64,000 bases of DNA, taken from assembly GCA_963772095.1 (NCBI GenBank), contig CAVYVU010000013.1, positions 39,358 to 103,357 on the forward strand, in the 5' to 3' direction. The DNA comes from an uncultured Thermoleophilia bacterium. Its GTDB lineage: Bacteria > Actinomycetota > Thermoleophilia > RBG-16-64-13. The translations under genes and the position numbers were made by a program. The notes under the pieces were generated by a model. That model did not search any database and was not told the DNA's origin. It saw only the letters and a list, made by a program, of their open reading frames with translations. Positions 10,776 to 21,690 of the stretch are shown here, one piece after another (the first letter of the stretch is position 1; every line of letters begins with the position of its first letter).

Positions 10776-11396
10776 GTGGCAACCAAGCTCACCAGGCCCA
10801 GGACCCTCCCCCCCGAGAAGCGGCGCAAGCAGATCGTCGACGCCGTCTTGCGGGTGGTTTCGGAGCATGGAGTGCCGGGGGCGACTACTGCGCGGATAGC
10901 CAAAGCAGCGGGCGTTGCGGAAGGCACGCTCTACGTGCATTTCGGGAGCCGGATCGAGATGCTCATGGCGGCACTGGACGCCATCCTCGGTCAGATGCTC
11001 GAGCTCGTCGCAGCCTCCACCGAGGCCGACCCCGTGGAGCGGCTCAAAGACATCGCGCGACGCCACTCGGAGTTGATGTCCACCCAGCGCGGTGGGTTCG
11101 CCTATCCATGGATGGAGTTCATCGCGGCTGGGCCTCAGATAGGGCTGCGCGAAGCCATAGCCGAGACTCAGCGCGGCGCGTTCCAGGTGCTTAGGGATAT
11201 CGTCGAAGAAGGAAAAGCCAAAGGACGGATCCGCGCAGACGTCGACTCAGACCAGGTCACCTGGTGGTGGCTTTCCTTCGCGTGGGCCGAGAACATAGGA
11301 TGCCTCATGGGCCTCGACGAATTCCTCGAAGCCAGACCGTCCTACGGGATGCTGGAACTCGCACTGGATGCCGCCGTACAGCCTCTGCACAGCTAA
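10776..11396 (+). CDS. TetR/AcrR family transcriptional regulator
   Basis: HTH ATTARIAKAAGVAEGTLYVHF; GTG start after AGAAAGGA; divergent from the oxidoreductase operon. Confidence 0.92.
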   Translation: MATKLTRPRTLPPEKRRKQIVDAVLRVVSEHGVPGATTARIAKAAGVAEGTLYVHFGSRIEMLMAALDAILGQMLELVAASTEADPVERLKDIARRHSELMSTQRGGFAYPWMEFIAAGPQIGLREAIAETQRGAFQVLRDIVEEGKAKGRIRADVDSDQVTWWWLSFAWAENIGCLMGLDEFLEARPSYGMLELALDAAVQPLHS

Positions 11397-11613
11397 GGTA
11401 TTCGCTCGAAAACCTGACGCTGTTTACGACCGCAAGCCTGCCCAAGATGGCGAGATCATTCGCGCGGCTCTCGACTTGCACCGTCTGCACCGCTATTGTG
11501 CTCCTTCGGGCTACCGTTGCGACTGGCGCACGCCCAAAAGAGGAAGAACGTCGCGGATGAGCTGGGTAGACCAGCCGCACAGAGGCCAGATACCTCAGCG
11601 GCGATGAGAGAGA

Positions 11614-12690
11614 GTGGCCGAGATCGAGCAGCGGCAACAGGCAGACACAAAGTCTCCCACCGAGGGGCAGCGGCCCGAAGCGAGCTGGGGAACCCGTTTC
11701 CTGGGATCGAAATGGTTTCCCTGGGCCAGTTGGGGCCTGTCGGCGGTCGCACTTGGCTACGTGGTGTCGCGCCTCCGCCTATCAGAATTGCGGACAGACC
11801 TCTCCGGCATCACCTGGTGGCTCGTCATCTTGGCGATTCTTCTTCAGGTTCTTCCCCGGCTGCTCGAGGGGCTACGCTGGGAGTATCTACTCCGGCCCCT
11901 TCAGCTGCGCTTTCGCCATCTCCTCCAAGCCATCTACGTCGGCACCCTCTTTAGCGGAATCTTGCCTCTTTCGGGCGGCGACGTCGTTCGCGGGGTGATG
12001 ATCGCCCGCAGGGCTCGGGTCCATGTGATGAGGGTGCTATCCACCGAGCTCATAGAACGCATATCGGACGCCGTCGCGATCATCTTTGTGGTCTGGTTCA
12101 CCCTGCGTGGGCTGATGCTGACCTTTGCCTTGCGTCTAGGCCTCGCGGCCCTCGAAGTCGGAGTGGGACTGGCCGTTCTCTTCGGCATCCTGCTCATCGT
12201 CCAGAACGTGAGCATACGCAACCGTTTTGACGCCTGGAAGCCCACGTCGAGGGCAGGACGGCTGATCAAACCGGCCGGGATCGAAGTGATCGACACGGCC
12301 GCCCGGCTGACACCGCGGCCCCTGGTGGTATCCCTTTCCGCCGCCGTGGCGGCGACTGTGGTCAACGTCGTGTCGTTTTGGTGCCTTCTTCGCGCCTACC
12401 ACATACACTTCGCGGTGCTCGACGCAGCTGCCATTTTCGCCATCATCATGATCGGCACTTTTCTGCCCAACACGCCCAGCAATCTAGGCTCGTGGCAGTT
12501 CTTCTGCGTGGTCGGCTTACAGCTTTTCGGCCTTTCCGCCGCCCGGGCAGCCGGTTTCAGCCTCGTAGCCTTCGTGATCTGGACCGTGCCGCCCATCCTT
12601 ACGGGCTTCGTCGTGCTGCTTGCCTCGCCATTCTCCTTCTCGGAACTCCGGCGAAACCAGAGAACGTCCGAGGCGCCCCCTCCGGAGTAG
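11614..12690 (+). CDS. Lysylphosphatidylglycerol-synthase TM domain (UPF0104/flippase-like) membrane protein
   Basis: RWEYLLRP, GGDVVRG, STELIERISD and PNTPSNLGSWQ motifs; about 8 hydrophobic segments. Confidence 0.8.
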   Translation: MAEIEQRQQADTKSPTEGQRPEASWGTRFLGSKWFPWASWGLSAVALGYVVSRLRLSELRTDLSGITWWLVILAILLQVLPRLLEGLRWEYLLRPLQLRFRHLLQAIYVGTLFSGILPLSGGDVVRGVMIARRARVHVMRVLSTELIERISDAVAIIFVVWFTLRGLMLTFALRLGLAALEVGVGLAVLFGILLIVQNVSIRNRFDAWKPTSRAGRLIKPAGIEVIDTAARLTPRPLVVSLSAAVAATVVNVVSFWCLLRAYHIHFAVLDAAAIFAIIMIGTFLPNTPSNLGSWQFFCVVGLQLFGLSAARAAGFSLVAFVIWTVPPILTGFVVLLASPFSFSELRRNQRTSEAPPPE

Positions 12691-12766
12691 CGGCGGCTTC
12701 CGTGGGGACTCGTGGCGCGCTGGTTACCCTGAGCCGCGACGACCCTGTGCATGAATGGCTACGTGA

Positions 12767-14822
12767 TCAAGAAGCCTCGACGAGCGCTTCCACGAACTGA
12801 CTGTTGTACAGGTCGTAGTAGAATCCGCGTCGAGCCAGGAGCTCCTCATGAGTGCCTTGCTCGAGGATGTGGCCCTCGTTCATCACCAGGATCACGTCGG
12901 CGTCACGTATGGTCGACAGTCGATGGGCGATGACGAAGCTGGTCCGATTCCGGAGCAACCTAGACATGGCTTTCTGGATGAGCACCTCGGTACGAGTGTC
13001 CACCGAGCTGGTCGCTTCGTCCAGGATGAGGATCTGCGGGTCGGCGAGGAAGGCGCGAGCGATGGTGAGAAGCTGGCGCTCCCCTTGGGACACGTTGGCC
13101 GAATCGTCGTCCAGGCGGGTGTCGTAGCCCGCGGATAGCGTGCGGACGAAGTGGTCGACGTGGGCCGCCTCGGAAGCCCTCAGTATCTCCTCCCAGGTGG
13201 CATCTTCCTTGCCATAGGCGATGTTCTCCCGGATCGTCCCCCCGAATAGCCACGCGTCCTGGAGCACCATACCGAACAGCCGCCGCAGATCGGTACGGGT
13301 CATGTTCCGCGTGTCTACGCCATCGATCGCTATGCTGCCCTTGTCGATCTCGTAGAAGCGCATCAGCAGGTTGACGAGAGTCGTCTTGCCGGCGCCTGTC
13401 GGACCCACGATCGCCACCGTCTGCCCGGGTAGGACCTCGAGGTCGAGGTCGTCGATGAGGGGCGTATCAGGCAGGTAGCGGAAAGAGACGTCTTTGAGGC
13501 TGATCTGGCCCCTCGCATGCTTCAGCACTACCGGCTCTGCCACATCGGACGACTCTTCCTCCTCGTCGAGCAGATCGAAGACGCGTTCGGCCGACGCCAC
13601 TGCCGACTGAAGCACGTTGGCAACGCTCGCAGTCTGCGTGATGGGCTGCGTGAATTGCCTGGAATACTGGATGAAGGCCTGCACGTCCCCGAGGGAGAGC
13701 GTGCCGCTCGCCACGCGCAACCCGCCGAGCACGCAGATGGCCACGTAGTTCAGGTTGCCGATGAACATCATGGCCGGCATGATGATCCCCGAGATGAACT
13801 GTGCTTTGAAGCTCGCCTGGTAGAGCGCCTCGTTCTCGTCATCAAACGTGGCGATCGCTTCATTTTGGCGTCCGAAGATCTTAACGATGTTGTGTCCCGA
13901 GTACATCTCCTCGACGTGGCCACTCAGGCTGCCCGTCCGCTGCCACTGGAGCGCGAACTGCTTTTGCGAGCGCCTGGCGATTAACATGGCCACCACCACC
14001 GACACTGGAACGGTGACGACTGAGATCACCGCGAGCAGCGGGCTGATCCAGAACATCATGGCCAGTACACCGACTAGTGTGAGGATGGATGTGATGATCT
14101 GAGTGAGTGTTTGCTGCAGCGTCTGTTGGATGTTGTCGATGTCGTTCGTCACTCGGCTGAGCGTGTCGCCGCGGGCGTGGTCGTCGAAGTACTTGAGCGG
14201 AAGACGGGAGAGCTTCACATCCACTTCGCGACGCAGGCGGTAGACCACTCGCTGGACGACGCCCGCCATGAGATAGCCCTGCAGCCACGCAAAGAGTGAG
14301 CCCAGGACATAGATGACGGCAACCAGAAGGAGCACGTTGCCTACCGCGCGAAAATCAACGCCGTGGCCCGGATTGAGTTGCATGCCCGAGAGCAGACTCG
14401 CGAGCTGATGCTCCCCTTTCGCCAGGAGCCCAGCGAGAACCTGCTGTTTGGTCGCTCCCGCGGGCAGTTGCTTGCTGACGACGCCTTCAAAGATCAGGTT
14501 GATGGCGCGGGCCAGTATCTTCGGGGCCGCCACTGTGAGAGAGACACTGACGACAGCTAGGAAGATGACTATGCTGATCTTGCGATACTCGGGTTGCAGC
14601 CTTCTGACGCAGACGCTTGAAGGAGGCTTTGAAGTTCTTCGCCTTCTCCCCGGACCCCACCAGACCAGGAGGACCGAATCCCGGACCGCTCCTTCGCTGC
14701 CCCGGCCCTTGACCCGCGCCCGGCGGCCCAACGGACTTCGTAGTTGCGGCCCCCACCGCACGATCCGGCGCGGCCGGTGTCTGGGGTGCGTCGCTCCCAG
14801 GAATCTTCTCCTGCTCGCTCAT
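12767..14822 (-). CDS. ABC exporter permease/ATPase half, consensus-site subunit (one frameshift near 14610)
   Basis: Walker A GPTGAGKT, signature SQGERQ, Walker B ILILDEATS; N-terminus MSEQEK at 14822 overlaps the upstream stop (ATGA). Confidence 0.9.
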
Positions 14823-16565
14823 GCCACTTCCTCCGCCGTCAGCTGCGAGTACACGATCTCGCGATAGGTCTCGCAGCTCTCCAGGAGTTCCTCGTGAGTG
14901 CCGATGCCGACGATGGTGCCGTTGTCGAGCACGATGATCTGGTCCGCATGCATGATGCTGCTGACGCGCTGCGCCACGATGATGACTGTCGAGTTGGTCA
15001 TGTCGCCGTTTGAGGGCCGCGCGCAGCATCGAGTCTGTCTTGAAATCGACAGCGGAGAAACTGTCGTCGAATACGTAGATGTCCGCCTTCTTGACGAGGG
15101 CACGGGCGATGGCCAGCCGTTGTCGCTGACCGCCCGACACGTTGGTGCCCCCCTGGGCGATGGGCTCGTCCAGTCCCTCCGGCATGTCCTCGACGAACTC
15201 CTTGCCCTGGGCGACGGAAAGCGCGTGCCAAAGGTCGGCGTCAGTAGCGGCCTCGTCGCCGAAGCGCAGGTTGCTCGCCACCGTGCCCGAGAAGAGGAAG
15301 GCCTTCTGGGGCACAAATCCGATGTGCCGCCACAGATCGGCGCGGTTCATCTCTCGGATGTCACGGCCGTCGATCTCGATGGAGCCGGCGGTGACGTCGT
15401 AGAGGCGGGGAATGAGGCTGATGAGCGTCGACTTGCCGCTCCCGGTGCTGCCAACGATGGCGGTGGTCTGGCCGGGCGAGGCCGTGAACGAGATGTTGCT
15501 GAGCACCGGATCCTGGGCGCCCGGGTAGCGGAACTCCACGTCCTTGAACTCGAGCACGCCCGTCGCCCTCCGTCGCGACGGACACCGGGAGCCGGGATCT
15601 CCGGATCGTCGATCGACGGCTCCACGTCGAGCACCTGCTGGATGCGATCGCGCTGATGCCGCCGCCCGCGGGACCATGGCCATCAACATCGTCGCCATCA
15701 GGACCGAGATGAGGATCTGCGCGACGTACGTGATAAAGGCGGTGAGGTTGCCGATCGGCATGGCCCCGCTGGCGACGCGATGACCTCCGAACTATATGAT
15801 GGCCACGGTGGAGAAGTTGAGGATCGCGAAGCAGCGACGGGAACATGAGGGCGAAGAGACGCGTGACGCGCAGACCCGTCGCGGTCAGATCCTGGTTGGC
15901 TTCGTCGAAGCGCCGTTCCTCGTAGTCGTTCGCGAGCGAACGCCCGGATGACCCGCACGCCGCTCAGGGTCTCGCGCATGACCTGGTTGATGCGGTCGAG
16001 CTTCACCTGCATTGCGCGGAACAGCGGTATGGCGCGGACGACTATGAGACCCAGCACCAGACCCATCACCGGCAGGATGACTGCGAGCGTGGCGGACAGC
16101 GGCACGTCCTGCCGCAGGGCCATGATGATGCCGCCGATAGCCATGATCGGTGCTCCGATCATCACGGTGAGAGCCGATGGCCACCATCATCTGCACCTGC
16201 TGCACGTCGTTGGTATTACGGGTGATGAGCGACGGCGCGCCGAACTGGTTGATCTCGTTCTGGGAGAAGCTCTCCACCTTGCGGAAGAGAGAGCTACGGA
16301 CGTCCCGCCCGAAGGCCATGGCCGTCTTCGATCCCCAATACACCCCAAAGATCGAGCTGACGCCTAGAAGCAACGTAACCAAAAGCATGTAGGCCCCGAT
16401 CCGCATGATGTAGCCGGTGTTGCCCAGAGACACCCCATTGTTGATGATCTGGGCCATCAAGCTGGGCAGGTACAGGTTGGCGAACGACTGGATGAGGACC
16501 AGAGAAACGACCAGGGTTAGTTGCTTCCAGTACGGCCGCAGGAAGGCGCTTAGAAGTCGCTTCAT
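14819..16565 (-). CDS. ABC exporter permease/ATPase half, degenerate-site subunit (TM287-like), several frameshifts
   Basis: SLITRNTNDVQQVQ, DRINQVMRETLSGVRVIRAF, GSTGSGKS, SGGQRQRL, degenerate Walker B VFDDSFSAVD; pieces in ORFs 15885..16565, 15698..16165, 14487..15761 and 14819..15316. Confidence 0.88.
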
Positions 16566-17068
16566 CGGCCGGTCTGCTCGTCTACCTGCAGCACGTGTGA
16601 GATGCGATCGGAGAGCATGTTGAGTAAGCGCTCCAGCTCGAGCCTATCGGCGTCCGTGAGGGCTCCGATGATCTCATTGAGGTAACTCTCGAAGATGGTG
16701 CGCAGCTCCATCTCGCGACGGCGCCCATCAGAGGTGAGAAAGACGCGAGTGAGGCGCTGATCGCTCTCGTCTGCGCGCCTGACTATCGCCCCTTCCTTCT
16801 CCAGGGTCTGCAAGATCTTGGTCACGCGGGGACGCGAGAGGTGGACGATGTCGGCTAGGTCGTGCTGGCTGATGCCGTCGTTCTTTGCCAGCAGGCGAAG
16901 ACAAAAGGCCTCGCCGGGATGAACGCCCTTCCCCGCGAAGACCTTTGGCATGGCCTGGCGCTGGAGGTAGAACGTCTTGCTGAAAGCCTGGAAGACACGA
17001 GCCGTCGAGGGATCGAGGTTCTCGAGGTCCGACTTTGGGAGCGAAGAGCCGCCGGTAGTCCGCGTCAC
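16562..17068 (-). CDS. MarR family regulator (start uncertain)
   Basis: GISQHDLADIVHLSRPRVTKILQTLEKEGAIVR...DQRLTRVFLT; coupled to the ABC exporter genes. Confidence 0.88.
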   Translation of the reverse strand: MTRTTGGSSLPKSDLENLDPSTARVFQAFSKTFYLQRQAMPKVFAGKGVHPGEAFCLRLLAKNDGISQHDLADIVHLSRPRVTKILQTLEKEGAIVRRADESDQRLTRVFLTSDGRRREMELRTIFESYLNEIIGALTDADRLELERLLNMLSDRISHVLQVDEQTGR

Positions 17069-17208
17069 AGTCTGTTCACGTTCCTTGCTATTCGAGACGG
17101 CGCTAGCGCGCCCTTTCGTTTCGTGCGCAACAGTTTCGCAGCTAATCATTGCAAATGCAAGGATGGCTAGCGACTGTGGCCAGATACGGCCCGGTCAGCA
17201 CTCCGCTC

Positions 17209-17807
17209 CTAGCTGGCTCTCGGTACGTAGTGCCGGCTCGCGTAGTAGCCGAAGGTGGCAGCAATCAGGGAGACGATCCCGCCAAGTAAGATCGGCGCCC
17301 GTCCGCCCACCATGTCTGCGAGCCAACCCAAGACGGGGCCTCCGATCAGGGCGCCCCGCCCATGAGGACGATTTGGAGGGCCAGGACTCGTCCATGCATC
17401 TCGGGTTTGGCTTCCACCTGCACTATCGCGGTTGTCGCGGTCAAGTACAGGACGCTCGCCATGCCGAGGAGAAACACCGCCGGAACAGCGAATACGACCC
17501 CGGGGACGAAGGCAAGCAGCAGCATGCGCCGCTTATCCGACCGGTCCGCGATAGCTCCTGCCCACGCCGATAGGAGAAGGATCGGACCCCACTGACAGGC
17601 CGCTAGAATGCCGACCGCGATCCCGCTTCCGGTGATCTTGAGCACCAACAAGACGAGGGCGACGTTGGTCAGCCAATTGCCTGTGTTAGAAATCAATTGG
17701 CCGGTGAAATACAGCCGGAAATTGCGGTTCCTAAGGGAGAGGAAGGTCTTCTTTAACGCCCGGCTGAGTCGCGGGGCGGTGAGATCGTCGGACAAACCGC
17801 AGCTCAC
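17209..17807 (-). pseudogene. MFS transporter (EntS/DHA3-like) with a large internal deletion
   Basis: N-terminal LRNRNFRLYFTGQLISNTGNW...GAIADRSDKRRMLL is joined directly to C-terminal ...EMHGRVLAL; a shifted frame then gives LIGGPVLGWLAD...RAS* ending at 17209; about 190 aa versus about 400 expected. Confidence 0.75.
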
Positions 17808-17892
17808 TGGGCCGCTCCCGACGCGTGGGGTAAGTCACCAGCCAGACGCAGCCGATTCGCGCGCGAGACTGCTTCTTGCGGCATCGATAGCG

Positions 17893-18342
17893 TCAAGTGT
17901 CGGCGTCGGCTAGTCGCTCCAGCAGCTCGACCGCCTTGTCGAGCGTGGCCCGCTCTTCGGCGTCGATGGTCGAGTCGACAGCCCGAGCCAGCCAAGAGTT
18001 GCGGGAGGCGATAATCGACTCGCGCAGCCTGAGACCAGCGTCGGTAATACTGATCAGGGTCTTTCGACCATCCTTCGGGTCGGGTTCTGACTGGACTAAG
18101 TCTGCTGACTTCAGGAGCACCACGCTCTGCGCGATCGCCTGCTGACTGACATGTTCTTCCGCCGCCAACGAGGCAGCTGTTGCCGGACCACTGAGACGTA
18201 GCCGCTGAAGGATAGATAGCTGTGAGATCGATAACCCGGCGATGCTTCCACTTGATTCCTCGCGCAGTCGTGCGCGCAAGCGCGTAAGCGCTAGAGCCAG
18301 TCTGATCGCCAACGCGTCTTTGTCCTGCGTGATTTTGGGCAT
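17893..18342 (-). CDS. MarR family regulator
   Basis: GLSISQLSILQRL...LAAEEHVSQQAIAQSV...DPKDGRKTLISIT. Confidence 0.9.
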   Translation of the reverse strand: MPKITQDKDALAIRLALALTRLRARLREESSGSIAGLSISQLSILQRLRLSGPATAASLAAEEHVSQQAIAQSVVLLKSADLVQSEPDPKDGRKTLISITDAGLRLRESIIASRNSWLARAVDSTIDAEERATLDKAVELLERLADADT

Positions 18343-18360
18343 GACTGTATCTTATTATAC

Positions 18361-18379
18361 ACAAGGCACTTGTACAAGT
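18361..18379. promoter_or_regulatory. Candidate MarR operator
   Basis: Perfect palindrome ACTTGTACAAGT at 18368-18379 overlapping ACAAG-GCA-CTTGT, about 26 bp upstream of the marR start. Confidence 0.45.
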
Positions 18380-18507
18380 CTCTTGCGGTTTTTCTACCGC
18401 ACACTCGGCCTCGCCAGGGTATGCCTTTGGTCCGGGGTCTAGCCTATGCTCTGCACCGAAATCCTTGGAGTTCTGGCCATCGGTGACCTTTCGCACAACC
18501 TCTGTCG

Positions 18508-18537
18508 TTGACATGCATTGGAGGCGAGTGCTATAGG
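18508..18537 (+). promoter_or_regulatory. Sigma70-type promoter of the SDR pair
   Basis: TTGACA (18508-18513), 18-nt spacer, TGc-TATAGG (extended -10). Confidence 0.5.
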
Positions 18538-18653
18538 TCAGTCAATGCTGGCAGGACCAAGTGGAATGGCAGACACTTCGTCAATTTGAGCCAGATAATT
18601 CCCCGGGCTGCCTGAGCACATTCTCGCTTCCGATTTGGAAAGGAGATGGGGAG

Positions 18654-19406
18654 ATGCAAGGTCGACTGAATGGCAAGGTCGCTCTCATCAGTGGTGGCGC
18701 GAGGGGGCAGGGAGCGGCAATCGGCCGACTCTTCGCCGAGCATGAAGCGAAAGTCGTGCTCGGAGATGTTCGGGATGAACTCGGGGAAGCACTCGCCGCC
18801 GACTTAAAGCGAGGAGGCCTCGAGGTCATCTATTCGCACCTCGACGTGACCATCTCCGAGGATTGGGAGAGAATCGTAGCCCTGACCGAGCGCGAATTCG
18901 GATCTCTCAACGTATTGGTCAACAACGCAGGCGTCGTGAGTACGGCTGATGCTGTTCTCGAGACAAGAGAAAACTGGGACCGCGTGATCGCAGTCAACCA
19001 GACGGGCGTCTTTCTTGGCATGAAGCATGCGGTTCCGGCCTTGAGGCGGGCAGGCGGGGGATCGATCATCAACACCTCATCCATCTTGGGATTCGTCGCG
19101 GTTGACGGATGGATAGCCTATACAGCGACCAAGGGTGCCGTGAAACTCATGAGTAAGAGTGCGGCGCTTTCTTACGCCAAAGACAATATCCGGGTCAACT
19201 CCGTAGCCCCTGGGCAGGTTCTGACTCCCATGGTGCTGGAGGAGGGGGACGAGGAGTCCAATGCGGCGTTCGCGGCCTCGACGCCTCTGAAGCGTGGCGC
19301 GCAACCGGTGGAGATCGCGTATGGGGTTCTGTTTCTTGCCTCGGACGAGTCATCGTACGTTACCGGCTCGGAGCTGGTTATTGACGGAGGATTCCTCGCT
19401 CATTGA
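18654..19406 (+). CDS. SDR oxidoreductase (3alpha,20beta-HSD / cyclopentanol dehydrogenase-like)
   Basis: GKVALISGGARGQG, NNAG, YTATK, NSVAPG, GSELVIDGG. Confidence 0.92.
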   Translation: MQGRLNGKVALISGGARGQGAAIGRLFAEHEAKVVLGDVRDELGEALAADLKRGGLEVIYSHLDVTISEDWERIVALTEREFGSLNVLVNNAGVVSTADAVLETRENWDRVIAVNQTGVFLGMKHAVPALRRAGGGSIINTSSILGFVAVDGWIAYTATKGAVKLMSKSAALSYAKDNIRVNSVAPGQVLTPMVLEEGDEESNAAFAASTPLKRGAQPVEIAYGVLFLASDESSYVTGSELVIDGGFLAH

Positions 19407-19432
19407 CCCGAGCTAGACCAAGGAGGCGGAAG

Positions 19433-20236
19433 ATGAAGCTGAAGGTCGAAGCAGCGCAGCGGCTGAGAGGCAAAGTGGCGATTATCACGGGTGGTGGTGG
19501 CACTAACAGCATGGGGCGCTCCATAGGGATCCGCTTTGCCGAGGAGGGCGCCAAAGTTGCTGTCACCGACATAGACGGTCCCAGCGCGGTCCTGGTGGCC
19601 GACGAGATCAAGGCCGGGGGTGGCACGGCCATGGCGATCACCTGCGACGTCACCGACTTTGCTCAGTGTGAGGCGATGGCGAAGAAGGTCGCGGAAACGT
19701 GGGACGGCAAGATCGACATATTGGTGAACAACGCCGGTGCCTTCAAAGGGGTCATTTGCCACTGGAGGCCCTTCACCGAGTGGACCACCGAGGAGTGGGA
19801 CCACACGCTCGCGGTAAACCTTCGGGGGATGTGGTTCTGCGCCAAAGCGGTGTACCCGTACATGCAGCCTCAAGGCTATGGAAAGATCGTGAACATGTCT
19901 TCAGCGAGCTTTTTCGAGGGAGCCCCGGGGTTGGTTCACTATGTTTCGAGCAAGGCCGGGGTCGTCGGGTTCACCAGGGCGCTGGGAAAGGAAGTGGGGC
20001 AGTTCGGCATTCGTGTGAACGCGATAGCCCCTGGATACTGTCTGACTGAGGGAGGACTCGAACTGAGCGCTGGAAACCAGGAGTTCCTCGATGCCCGAAG
20101 GACGAACCAAGCCTTGAGCCAGCGAAATGGGCTGCCAGAAGATATAGCCGGCCCGGCACTATTCTTGGCCTCGGAGGACAGTGACTTCATGACCTGCGGA
20201 ACCATTCTGGTGGACGGCGGCGGTGAGATGTGGTGA
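19433..20236 (+). CDS. SDR oxidoreductase, paralog of 7672..8478
   Basis: TGGGGTNSMG, NNAG, YVSSK, VNAIAPG; SD AAGGAGG before 19433. Confidence 0.92.
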   Translation: MKLKVEAAQRLRGKVAIITGGGGTNSMGRSIGIRFAEEGAKVAVTDIDGPSAVLVADEIKAGGGTAMAITCDVTDFAQCEAMAKKVAETWDGKIDILVNNAGAFKGVICHWRPFTEWTTEEWDHTLAVNLRGMWFCAKAVYPYMQPQGYGKIVNMSSASFFEGAPGLVHYVSSKAGVVGFTRALGKEVGQFGIRVNAIAPGYCLTEGGLELSAGNQEFLDARRTNQALSQRNGLPEDIAGPALFLASEDSDFMTCGTILVDGGGEMW

Positions 20237-20368
20237 GCTACTGACAAGTCGGTCAGGTACGTCATCCCCCACCTCAAGCAGGAGGTCGCGGACGGGATGG
20301 ACGCGACACTGGGGAGCTAGGGCTCCAGACGTATCGACCATCGGTCGGCTCCGTGTGGCGCTCCGGTT

Positions 20369-20740
20369 CTACCTCTTGGGATAGGCAGCGATATTGCCGC
20401 CGAAGTCGATGAGCTCCACCGGTTCTTGCCCCACCACCCAGGCGTCATGGCCAGAGGGCACGATGCCTACTTCCCCAGGACCGAACTCTAGTTCCGCTCC
20501 ATCATTCATGTGCACCCGCATGTGCCCGGACACCATGTAGAAGGCGTGGCGGACCTGGCAGCCATCAGAGCGTACAAGTGGCCAAATGCTCGCAGACCAG
20601 CGCCAGCCAGGTTGGTAGACGTTCCGGCTCACCGTCACCCCGCCCAGACTCACGAGGTCGAGGACCAACTTGTCGTAGGTGCGTTTCTCGTCCGAGGCGT
20701 CGAAGCTTCGGCGCAGTACGTGCTCGGAAGTGGTCGTCAT
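20369..20740 (-). CDS. Cupin domain protein
   Basis: QPGWRWS...CQVRHAFYMVSG and PSGHDAWVVG cupin motifs. Confidence 0.85.
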   Translation of the reverse strand: MTTTSEHVLRRSFDASDEKRTYDKLVLDLVSLGGVTVSRNVYQPGWRWSASIWPLVRSDGCQVRHAFYMVSGHMRVHMNDGAELEFGPGEVGIVPSGHDAWVVGQEPVELIDFGGNIAAYPKR

Positions 20741-20951
20741 AATCGAGGTCTCCCTTCACCTGCTCATAAGAGGTGACACCGTTCTACCCCGGCCGAGGCG
20801 ACTGCACTCACCCCGGGTGGAAACAATTAGCGCGAACGGAAACGCGGAATGGGGCAACGTGGCGTGACGAAAGGCGTTAAGGCCCTTGACACTCACTGTG
20901 GCGCCAGAGGGTGCCCGTGGACCACGGAGTCTGGCAATCGTTCGCCGATCT

Positions 20952-21410
20952 CTACTTAAGAAAGACCGAGAGCGACACCCGGGTACCGCCTTCGGGCAGG
21001 CTGGCGAAGCTCACCTCGTCGGTCGAGGCCACCATCAGGGGTAGACCCATCCCGCGGTGGCGTCTTTCCTGGCCCTTCCGTGCACGAAACTCGCCCGCGT
21101 GTGACACGTCGACGGTGAAGTGGTCCAGGTAGCGCCAAGCCCAGAGGGTGATGTCACCTTTCTCTTTGGGGTGGTCCATGGCGTTGGCGCACGCTTCCGT
21201 GACCGCCAACTGCATCTGGCTGATCCGTTCCAGCGTGACTCCCGCCTCCTCGGCCCACTTTTTGACGAACGCGCGAATAGGGACGAAGGAACTGGGATGG
21301 GAGGGAAAGGTCTCCTTGGCGAGAGTCTGACCGTCCGGGCGACCAGCTCCGTTCAGGATCATCATGAGCTCTGAGGACGCGTCGATGAGGTGCGACAGCG
21401 CAAGAGACAA
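20952..21410 (-). CDS. RsbW-like anti-sigma factor / HATPase_c_2 protein
   Basis: QLAVTEACANA N-box and RGMGLPLM G2-box; start uncertain. Confidence 0.85.
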   Translation of the reverse strand: MSLALSHLIDASSELMMILNGAGRPDGQTLAKETFPSHPSSFVPIRAFVKKWAEEAGVTLERISQMQLAVTEACANAMDHPKEKGDITLWAWRYLDHFTVDVSHAGEFRARKGQERRHRGMGLPLMVASTDEVSFASLPEGGTRVSLSVFLK

Positions 21411-21690
21411 GTGTAGAGCGGCATCGGCCGTTCTCCCCTCGACCGAGGTTTACCCTTCCTTCTATCTTAGGGTGAGGTGTTCCCACTGGTTTTTGCACCT
21501 GAAACATGGCCGCGCTCTCGCTTGGCCATTCTTTTTCACTTTTCCACCGACTTGAAGAAGACGAAACCTGTTCGCACCGTACAGTCCCGGGAGAGAACAC
21601 GGCACACGTGCCGGCCCGCGCCAGACCGTTCGTTCGCGGCATGGACCAAGCCGTTCCGCCAACCCAATCGTTAACTCGGACGGGAACTGG

